This document shows positions 1-6,350 of a stretch of 12,558 nucleotides of DNA, one piece after another (within the stretch, counting starts at the first letter, position 1; each line of letters begins with the position of its first letter). The DNA comes from Candidatus Methylomirabilia bacterium. GTDB lineage: Bacteria > Methylomirabilota > Methylomirabilia > Rokubacteriales > CSP1-6. Location: NCBI GenBank assembly GCA_041492755.1, contig JBGPXN010000134.1, forward strand, positions 1-12,558. The letters are read 5' to 3'. The notes beneath the pieces were generated by a model. The model saw nothing but the letters and a program-made list of their open reading frames with translations, was not told the origin of the DNA and made no database searches. The position numbers and the translations under genes are program-made.

Positions 1-2
1 CC

Positions 3-572
3 GTGTGCGCCGTGTTCGTGGCGGGGCAGGCGGTCCGCTTCGTCAAGCAATACGCCGACGCCGGCTTGAAGGCGCGGCTGCCCCTGATCGGCTCCGGCGT
101 CATGATGGACGAGTCGGCGTTGCGCGGAATGGGCGACGAGGCCGTCGGCGTGGTCAGCTCACTGATCTGGAGCCCGACGCTGCCCAACCCGGCCAATCGC
201 ACGTTCATCAAGCTCGCCGAGGCGAAGCAGGGGCGCACGCCAGCCTACTTCGTCGCCGTCATGTACAGCGCCGGGCGGTGGATCGGCGAGGCGGCGCGGC
301 TCGTGGACGGGCGCGTGGAGGACCGTGACCGGTTCCTGGCCGCCCTTCGTCGCTCCATGGAGTCGATCCAGGACCCGCGCGGGCCGATCAAGCTCGACGC
401 CTTCAACAATCCCGATCAGAACGTCTACATCCTCAAGGTGGAGCGCGCCGGCGGGAAGCTGCAGAACACGGTGCTCCACACGTACCCGCTGGTGTCGCAG
501 TTCTGGACGGACAAGCCCGACGACTTCTTGAAGCTCCCGCCCTATTCGCGGGACTACCGGCCCGTGAAGTAG
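3..572 (+). CDS. ABC transporter substrate-binding protein, branched-chain amino acid/aromatic acid (LivJ-like, type I PBP); 5'-truncated by the window edge
   Basis: Open from the window start to TAG at 570-572. Motifs FVKQYADAGLKARLPLIGSG..DE..L..MGDEAVG, WSPTLPNPAN.TF and DPRGPIKLD...NP.QNVYILKV are typical of the C-terminal half of PBP1 ABC ligand-binding proteins. Confidence 0.88.
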   Translation: MCAVFVAGQAVRFVKQYADAGLKARLPLIGSGVMMDESALRGMGDEAVGVVSSLIWSPTLPNPANRTFIKLAEAKQGRTPAYFVAVMYSAGRWIGEAARLVDGRVEDRDRFLAALRRSMESIQDPRGPIKLDAFNNPDQNVYILKVERAGGKLQNTVLHTYPLVSQFWTDKPDDFLKLPPYSRDYRPVK

Positions 573-597
573 ATTCGAGCGCCCCGGGAAGTGCGAT

Positions 598-623
598 CGC
601 GCGCCGTCCCTCGACGGCGCGCG
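598..623. terminator. Perfect 11-bp GC-rich hairpin between convergent genes; possible bidirectional terminator or RNA-stabilising stem
   Basis: CGCGCGCCGTC (598-608), CCTC loop, GACGGCGCGCG (613-623). No U-tract on either side. Confidence 0.5.
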
Positions 624-666
624 GCAATGTCGCGTTTGTCCGGAGCCGAGACACCCGGGACGCGAA

Positions 667-1413
667 TCAGGCTGCTGTCGTCGACCGAGCCAGGCTTTCG
701 AGCAGGCGCCCGAAGCCCTCGATCGCCGGCGTGAGCCCGAGCTTCCGGTACGCCATCCAGATGCTCGCCTGATTCGAGGTGACGACCGGCTTGCCGGTCC
801 GCCGCTCGATCTCGGCGACGGCCTCGAGCGAGCGCCACGCCGTGCACGAGCACAGCAGCGCGTCCGCGTCCGCCCGGCAGACGCGCGACGCGAAGGCCAC
901 GACGTCCTCTGGATCCTGATCGTTGATCCCCTGGTTGCCTGACCTGGCCGCGCGCGGCTCGCCCTCGAGATTCAAGATCTCGAAGCCGAGCGCCTCCAGA
1001 TACCCGCGTAGCTTCTGGTTGTTCCAGTCGGGATACGGGGTCGCAACCGACAGCCGCTTGGCCCCGAAGAAGCGGAGCGCCTCCACCACCGACGGGCTGG
1101 TGGCCACGGCCGGAACGCCGGCCACCCGCTGGATGGTGTCGATCATCTCGCGGTCCCAGCCGGGTCCGCGATAGAAGCTGCCCGTGGTGCAGCCGTAGGC
1201 GACGACGTCGACTCTCGCGGTGGCCAGGTAGCGCGCGCCGGCCTCGATCTCGCCGTTCATCCGCTCCATGCCCGCCGCGCCCTCGGCGTCGTTCGTCAGC
1301 CAGAGGCGCTGGCCGTGGATGGTGACGTCCCGCGGGGCCACCAGCTGAAAATCCGCCTCGAACGTCGTGTTCGTCGACGGCACCATGACGCCGATACGCT
1401 TGCGCAGTCCCAT
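667..1413 (-). CDS. Maleate cis-trans isomerase / Asp-Glu racemase / arylmalonate decarboxylase family protein
   Basis: Motifs RIGVMVPSTNTTFEADF, YGCTTGSF, LSVATPY, LCSCTAW and KPVVTSNQA. Both catalytic-position cysteines are present. Starts 4 nt after the upstream SBP stop. Confidence 0.9.
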   Translation of the reverse strand: MGLRKRIGVMVPSTNTTFEADFQLVAPRDVTIHGQRLWLTNDAEGAAGMERMNGEIEAGARYLATARVDVVAYGCTTGSFYRGPGWDREMIDTIQRVAGVPAVATSPSVVEALRFFGAKRLSVATPYPDWNNQKLRGYLEALGFEILNLEGEPRAARSGNQGINDQDPEDVVAFASRVCRADADALLCSCTAWRSLEAVAEIERRTGKPVVTSNQASIWMAYRKLGLTPAIEGFGRLLESLARSTTAA

Positions 1414-1417
1414 GTCG

Positions 1418-2935
1418 TCACTTCCCCTTGAGCTTCACGTCCTCGTACGGCGCCGAGAACGCGTAGCCCGCGATGAGCCCCAGCCCCGACTCTTCCACGC
1501 GCCGGCCCACACCGCTGACGAACGCCAGCTCGTAGATCGGCGCGAACATCGCCCGCTCGTGGACCATCTGCTGGATGCGATGCAGGGTTGCCTCTCGCTT
1601 CGCTCGATCCAGCATCGTTGCTTGCTGGTGCAGGAGATCGTCGATGTCCGGATAGCCGCCGTACGCGAACGTGCCGCTCGACGCGGCGTACGACTCCAGG
1701 CGCATCGCGGCGTTGCCGAAGCCGCCACCGATGATCTGGACGAGGCTCTTGAGCTTTTTCTCGGCCACGCTCTTGTTGAAGGCGGCCCGTTCCAGCGGAC
1801 GCAGCTTGGCGCGAATGCCGACGGCCTGGAGGTAGCCGATCATCGCCTCGGCGGCGTCGGCCGAGGTCATGTCGCAGAAGTAGTCACCGGCGTCGAAGCC
1901 GTTCGGGTAACCGGCTTCGGCGAGCGCCCGCTTCGCGCCGGTCACGTCGTAGCGGGGCGCCGGTGGTGGCCAATAGAACTCCGCGAACGTCGGGACGATG
2001 CTCCCGGTGATCCTCGACAGCCCGAACGTCCGGGCCTCGTTGATGGCCTGACGGTCGATCGCGAGGTTGGTGGCCCGGCGCACGCGCTTGTCGTGCCAGG
2101 GCGATTTCGGATCCCACTGCTCGGTGAAGGTGAGCCAGTGGACCGACGGGTACACGGGTTTCAGGGAGAACCCCGGCATCCGCCGCACCTCTTCGGCCAG
2201 CTCGCCGATCATCGAGAACACGAGGTCCACTTCGCCGCGCTTGAGCGCAGCCAGGCGCGTGGAGGGGTCGGGGATCACGCGGAAGACCAGCCGCTTGACG
2301 TGCGGCGTCTTCCGCCAGTAGCCGTCGAACGCTTCGAGGACCAGCTCGACACCGGGAGTGAAGGAAACGAAACGATAGGGCCCCGCACCGATCGGCGATT
2401 TCTTGAAGCCCTCGTCGCCGACCTTGTCGATGTACTTCTTCGGGACGATCCAGCCGGCGCCGCTCGCGATGGTGCCGTAGATGACCATGAAGTCCGGCCA
2501 CGGCTGCTTGAGCCGGAAGCGCACCCGTCCCGGATCGGGCGTCTCGACGGCGGCGACCCGCTCTTTGAGCGGCCTTCCGTAGATGCCGCGATAGCGCTCG
2601 AAGGAGAACTTGACGTCTTCCGCGGTCACCGCATCCCCGTTGTGGAACTTGACGCCCTTGCGCAGGACGAAGTCGTAAGCGAGGCCGTCGGGCGAGACGG
2701 TCCACGATTCGGCCAGGGCCGGCGCCATGCTCTTTCCCGGCATCGGCTTCACGAGGGCGTCGTGGATCCCGTAGAGCACCATGAACGACGTCAGAATGAT
2801 CGTCTCCGCGGGGTCGAAGTACGCGGGGACGAGCGTGGTGTGCACGCCCCACGTGATCTGTCCCTCCGGGGCGGCACCCGCGGGGGCGGCGGCGAGTACG
2901 ACGAGCGCAACGAGAATCGACGCGAGAAGTCTCAT
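1418..2935 (-). CDS. ABC transporter substrate-binding protein, family 5 (peptide/nickel; DppA/OppA-like)
   Basis: Signal peptide MRLLASILVALVVLAAAPAGA. Motifs PALAESWTVSPDG..Y.F.LRKGVKFHNG..VTAEDVKFSFER, PIGAGPYRF and DKRVRRA..LAIDR. SD-like AGGGGG 6 nt before the ATG. Confidence 0.93.
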   Translation of the reverse strand: MRLLASILVALVVLAAAPAGAAPEGQITWGVHTTLVPAYFDPAETIILTSFMVLYGIHDALVKPMPGKSMAPALAESWTVSPDGLAYDFVLRKGVKFHNGDAVTAEDVKFSFERYRGIYGRPLKERVAAVETPDPGRVRFRLKQPWPDFMVIYGTIASGAGWIVPKKYIDKVGDEGFKKSPIGAGPYRFVSFTPGVELVLEAFDGYWRKTPHVKRLVFRVIPDPSTRLAALKRGEVDLVFSMIGELAEEVRRMPGFSLKPVYPSVHWLTFTEQWDPKSPWHDKRVRRATNLAIDRQAINEARTFGLSRITGSIVPTFAEFYWPPPAPRYDVTGAKRALAEAGYPNGFDAGDYFCDMTSADAAEAMIGYLQAVGIRAKLRPLERAAFNKSVAEKKLKSLVQIIGGGFGNAAMRLESYAASSGTFAYGGYPDIDDLLHQQATMLDRAKREATLHRIQQMVHERAMFAPIYELAFVSGVGRRVEESGLGLIAGYAFSAPYEDVKLKGK

Positions 2936-2967
2936 GGGCGTCCCCCTGTGACGAAAGCGCGAGTCCG

Positions 2968-2973
2968 ATTCTA
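2968..2973 (-). promoter_or_regulatory. Putative -10 box (TAGAAT) of the SBP-isomerase operon
   Basis: ATTCTA on + (TAGAAT on -), 32 nt upstream of the 2935 start and 8 nt from the IS end. Confidence 0.45.
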
Positions 2974-2976
2974 CCG

Positions 2977-2981
2977 TGACC
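2977..2981 (+). repeat. Target-site duplication, left copy (TGACC)
   Basis: Directly abuts the IR and is identical to 5012-5016. Confidence 0.92.
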
Positions 2982-3000
2982 CCATAACTCCGCTCTAAGG
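2982..3000. repeat. Terminal inverted repeat (IRR, downstream of the transposase)
   Basis: CCATAACTCCGCTCTAAGG is the exact reverse complement of 4993-5011. Confidence 0.97.
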
Positions 3001-3098
3001 AGTGCCGAGACCGGCCGGGCGGCGATGAAAAACGCGGGGAGACCTGCGTGGGGGTGACGGCGCGAGCCGCGGAGGCACCGCGCGCGGCGCACCGGCGG

Positions 3099-4550
3099 CT
3101 ACCGGGTGGGCGCGGGCGCCTGACCGAGGGCCTGGCGGGTGGCCAGAAGACGCTGCCGAGCGAGGACCAACTCTCCGATTCGTTCGTGGCTCGCGGAGAG
3201 GTGGGCGATGAGCTGGCTCTGGTGGACCGCGAGGCGCGCCGGCACGGTGAAGATCTCGAAGCGCAGCCGCTTGGGCCGGGCTCGCCGCAAGCGCTCCGGC
3301 AGGGCGCAGCGCTTGAGCAGGGTCAGGAGGTTGTAGGTGATCGCGTTAATGCGGAACCACGCCGCGTTCGCGCCGAACCGCTGGCTGGGCAGCACCCCGG
3401 CCCCCAGCTCGTCCTTCAGGCTCCGGTGCACGTGCTCGATGGTGCCGGCCTTCTCCCAGTGCCAGCGCACGAGATCCGGCGCGCTCATCTCGTCCCCGCG
3501 GGGGGCGGCGGCCTCCTCCGGCGCCGGACGATTGGTCACCACCGCCAAATACTTCGGGCCGCGCTCCGCGAAGAGCTCCGGCTGCAGCGGGGTGATCCGC
3601 ATCCCGACATAGCGCAGCGGCGTGGCGGTCTTGGGCCAGTCGCCCGGCGTGAACTCCACCTCCGCCACGTGTACGACCTCGTGCTCCCGGGCCGCGAGCT
3701 CGCTCCACGTCGCGGGCGGGACCGCCACGCACAGCGCCCGCAGCTCGGGGCTCATGTCCGCGCTGATCGAAAAGGTGATCTGTTCCTTCACCAAGTACTT
3801 CAGCAACGGCTCGTAGTAGTCCGCGGAGTCGCCCCGGAAGTAGCGCTTCTCCACCCAGGCCGGCAGGGCCGCGAAGGCGCGCTGTACCGACGTGAGCGGA
3901 TCCTTGTTGCCCGGAACGTTGCCGTCTCGGAACTCGTCGCCGACGATCAGATCCTCCTCGACCCAGACCGCCACCAACGGCTGATACCCGCGGGTCCCCT
4001 CGTACGCGACCAGCGCGTCGCGCTTGTGCGCCTCGATGATGGTCCCATCGTGGTCGATCGTGGCCGTCGTCGTCTGCCGCGAGGCCGCGCGCGCCACCAG
4101 TGCGCGATTGACCTCGAAGAGCCCCACCAGCGGCGCGGTCTCGGGCGGCACCCAGGACTTCTCATCCGCCGGTCGCTGCGCCCAGACCGCCGGATCATCG
4201 AAGGCGCGCAAGAAGGCCAGCAGGGCGTCCGGCGACGGGAGCTCCCGATCCAACAGCCGCCCGAGCCCCTGGTCCTCCGCGAGGATCCGGATGTCCTCGA
4301 TCCGGTCGCCGCCACTGGCCACCAGGAGGATCAGGGCTTCCAGCTTCTCCGTCTCGGCGAAGCCCCGCTGGCGCTTCGCCACGATCAGCTGCGCCTCGAC
4401 CACCTCCTCCAACCGGACGGCGCGCATCGCTTCCACGACCAGCGGCAACCCCGCGTGCGCCGTGACCTCCTCCCCGTTGCCGTGGCGGATCACGAACGGC
4501 AGGATACCTTGCCGCGGCGCCCGGGGCCGCGGGCTCCCGGCGTCCGTCAC
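3099..4550 (-). CDS. IS1380-family DDE transposase
   Basis: N-terminal VTAHAGLPLV and GGDRIEDI..LAED motifs. Catalytic segments TIDHDGTII, GYQPL, FRDGN, FRGDSADY and GTIEHVHRSLK, then LPSQRFGANAAWF..AITYNL and LRFEIF.VPARL. The GTG start overlaps the upstream stop. Confidence 0.93.
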   Translation of the reverse strand: MTDAGSPRPRAPRQGILPFVIRHGNGEEVTAHAGLPLVVEAMRAVRLEEVVEAQLIVAKRQRGFAETEKLEALILLVASGGDRIEDIRILAEDQGLGRLLDRELPSPDALLAFLRAFDDPAVWAQRPADEKSWVPPETAPLVGLFEVNRALVARAASRQTTTATIDHDGTIIEAHKRDALVAYEGTRGYQPLVAVWVEEDLIVGDEFRDGNVPGNKDPLTSVQRAFAALPAWVEKRYFRGDSADYYEPLLKYLVKEQITFSISADMSPELRALCVAVPPATWSELAAREHEVVHVAEVEFTPGDWPKTATPLRYVGMRITPLQPELFAERGPKYLAVVTNRPAPEEAAAPRGDEMSAPDLVRWHWEKAGTIEHVHRSLKDELGAGVLPSQRFGANAAWFRINAITYNLLTLLKRCALPERLRRARPKRLRFEIFTVPARLAVHQSQLIAHLSASHERIGELVLARQRLLATRQALGQAPAPTR

Positions 4551-4909
4551 GGCCGTCTCTTGCGCGCGCGCTGCCGCTCGCGCACCTGACGCCGAAGCTC
4601 GGCGACCTCACAGGCGGTCAGTTCGTTGACGATCTTCCACAGCCGGTTGTACGCGGCAATGGCCTTCTGGACCCGCTCCTCATCCTCGCCCCGAAGGTGC
4701 ACGCCCCGCGTGCGCCCGGCTAAGAACACGGTGAGGAACTTGCCGGTGTGACGCGCTTTGGGGTCCTTCGCGCATGCGCAACTCGGGCGACCGCACCGGC
4801 GCCGCCGTTCGTAGATGGAGCCGCGCATCAGGGGCTCCACACTCAGCGCGCGCAGCTGCTGGCGGAGATCGTGGCGGCGGCGCTCGATCTCGTGCCGCTC
4901 GGAGGGCAT
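4547..4909 (-). CDS. Small basic transposase-associated protein, DUF6788-like (putative Zn-binding), 120 aa
   Basis: LMRGSIYERRRRCGRPSCACAKDPKARH..KFLT matches the GS..RRCGKxxCxC...H pattern I recognise as DUF6788. Helical ends. ATG at 4909 is preferred because the 4954 extension is AT-rich and promoter-like. Its TGA overlaps the transposase GTG. Confidence 0.8.
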   Translation of the reverse strand: MPSERHEIERRRHDLRQQLRALSVEPLMRGSIYERRRRCGRPSCACAKDPKARHTGKFLTVFLAGRTRGVHLRGEDEERVQKAIAAYNRLWKIVNELTACEVAELRRQVRERQRARKRRP

Positions 4910-4992
4910 ACTGGATCTTATACAACAAACCAGATTTATCGCCCAGCAAAACATCGCCTCCCGGGCGAATCGGCCTACCTCGGGGGGACCGG

Positions 4993-5011
4993 CCTTAGAG
5001 CGGAGTTATGG
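4993..5011. repeat. Terminal inverted repeat (IRL, upstream of the IS genes)
   Basis: CCTTAGAGCGGAGTTATGG. Confidence 0.97.
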
Positions 5012-5016
5012 TGACC
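5012..5016 (+). repeat. Target-site duplication, right copy (TGACC)
   Basis: Directly abuts the IR and is identical to 2977-2981. Confidence 0.92.
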
Positions 5017-5286
5017 TCCCGGCTCTTGACAGGGCGTGGACCATGTTCCAACGTGAGGTGCGCGTCGGGGATCTGAAATGACAGCGCGATGCCTCAACCG
5101 GCTCACGATATCTCACGCTGCAGCGCGTCGATTCAGAGGCGTCGTCGTCGAGTGTCCAACTCAGGACGTGCTTGGAACTCGGATCTCAGTGCTGTCGCGC
5201 CGCGGAATTTCAGGAACAGGTACGAGGTGAAAGTGCCGGCAAGTCGGGTTTGACCGCAGTGAAGCTGGAGACGGTGTAACGGTCTT

Positions 5287-6267
5287 ATGAAGACGCTTTT
5301 CGTTGTTGCACTGCTTAACGTCAAGCTACACGGTAGCTTCGGGCGCGGGCTTCGTCTATCGGAGACGCAATTTCTGACGAACGAGGCCTTACGGGCTGCT
5401 GCTTTGCTCTCCGCTGATTTCGAGCGGATCGCTGGGAGTCTTGAAACTGACGCGATTCGGAAGGCTCCCGGGGTCATATACGAAGTAACCGAACACGATA
5501 CCGCTGCGTTTAACGACGACGAGGCACGGCGATTTCTGAATCAACGACTCGCTCTGGTACAGCTTTTCCTCATGGCGCTATGGCTGGTGAAGGATAATGC
5601 GGTGAACGTCGAGTTGGGCTTCTTGGAGCATCCCTATCGTGACCCGATTCGCATCTCCGTCTCGAGTAACTCACGTGCGATACGCTTCAGCGACGCAGCG
5701 GACGAATTTCCTGTATACGAGTTCCTGGAGCAGGAGCTCAGGGACGCGCGCGACATTTATGTCGCTCTGTTCGAGAAAAACGCGCTCCAGATTGATCTAG
5801 CTCTGAGCACGCGAACTGTCTCACCGGAGAGCACGCGCTTTGATAGGGTTTTGTACTTCGCGCAGGGCGCGCGCGGTGCGTCCGATCTTGGCATGAAGGT
5901 CGCGACCTATGTCACTTGTTTCGAGTCCCTCTTTTCTACAGAAACGAGCGAGCTTGCCCATAAGCTTGCTGAGCGGGTCGCATTTTTTTGTGGAGATACC
6001 CCGGCTACTAGGTTCGAAGTCTTCAAGACAGTCAAGGTGGCGTACACGATCAGGTCAAGAACCGTTCACGGCGACAAACTTCCCGCTAAGCTCGCGGCGC
6101 AGGCCAAGCCAACGGCGCAGCAATGCGATGCACTACTTCGAAGTGCTCTGAATAAGATTCTTACCGCTCCGGGGATGTACGAGGTATTTGTGGGCTCGCC
6201 CGACAAACTTGAGAACTATCTAACACGGCTCGTTTTTGGAGTTGGGGATGGTTGTCTCGGTGCCTAG
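5287..6267 (+). CDS. HEPN domain protein (ApeA-like HEPN C-terminus); putative RNase/defence effector
   Basis: C-terminal CFESLFS..SELAHKLAERVAFF.G...R..VF..VK.AY.IRSRTVHG carries RxxxxH (R256-H261, nt 6052-6069). Clearly lower GC and atypical codon usage. Confidence 0.82.
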   Translation: MKTLFVVALLNVKLHGSFGRGLRLSETQFLTNEALRAAALLSADFERIAGSLETDAIRKAPGVIYEVTEHDTAAFNDDEARRFLNQRLALVQLFLMALWLVKDNAVNVELGFLEHPYRDPIRISVSSNSRAIRFSDAADEFPVYEFLEQELRDARDIYVALFEKNALQIDLALSTRTVSPESTRFDRVLYFAQGARGASDLGMKVATYVTCFESLFSTETSELAHKLAERVAFFCGDTPATRFEVFKTVKVAYTIRSRTVHGDKLPAKLAAQAKPTAQQCDALLRSALNKILTAPGMYEVFVGSPDKLENYLTRLVFGVGDGCLGA

Positions 6268-6311
6268 GTGTTGAAGCGCCGATCGCCCGCTCGTCGCCGC
6301 CGCGCGGTTCG

Positions 6312-6317
6312 TATAAT
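6312..6317 (+). promoter_or_regulatory. Putative -10 box (TATAAT) for the ubiD operon
   Basis: Consensus TATAAT in GC-rich intergenic DNA, 33 nt upstream of GTG 6351. GGAG SD at 6340-6343. No good -35. Confidence 0.55.
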
Positions 6318-6350
6318 ATGGGCGCTCCGAACTTGGTGTGGAGATGAAAA

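Larger units (their letters stand above)
2982..5011 (-). mobile_element. Complete two-gene IS1380-family insertion sequence, 2030 bp
   Basis: Perfect 19-bp terminal IRs with the CC...GG ends typical of IS1380, a 5-bp direct repeat TGACC on both flanks and an intact DDE transposase. Confidence 0.95.

Noticed and set aside
3001..3098. Guide or bridge-type ncRNA encoded in the IS ends
   Set aside because: The non-coding ends are only about 100 and 80 nt, I see no convincing structure or match to the target flanks, and there is no TnpB/IscB/IS110-type protein.
4540..4560. Programmed frameshift fusing the accessory ORF to the transposase
   Set aside because: No slippery run such as A6G or X XXY YYZ near the overlap. 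The GTGA overlap is explained by translational coupling.
1367..4589. Long + strand ORFs 1367-2998 (543 aa) and 3048-4589 (513 aa), and the alternate-frame minus ORF 1884-3092
   Set aside because: Antisense or frame shadows of the SBP and transposase genes. Expected in high-GC DNA and no recognisable motifs.
5105..5114. ACGATATCTC shared with the minus-strand promoter spacer at 10780-10789
   Set aside because: A single 10-nt match with no extension. It could be chance and is too little to call an operator.
5043..5253. Short ORFs (12-54 aa) upstream of the HEPN gene as an antitoxin or leader peptide
   Set aside because: No convincing SD, motif or codon bias, so they cannot be supported.
2982..6267. 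HEPN gene as cargo mobilised by the IS (ISEcp1-style capture)
   Set aside because: The TGACC duplication directly flanks both IRs and excludes the gene. It is also on the IRL side, whereas ISEcp1 captures DNA beyond IRR. I saw no further IR-like copy.
5230..6300. HEPN gene as an integron cassette
   Set aside because: No RYYYAAC...GTTRRRY attC structure after the stop and no integrase in the window.
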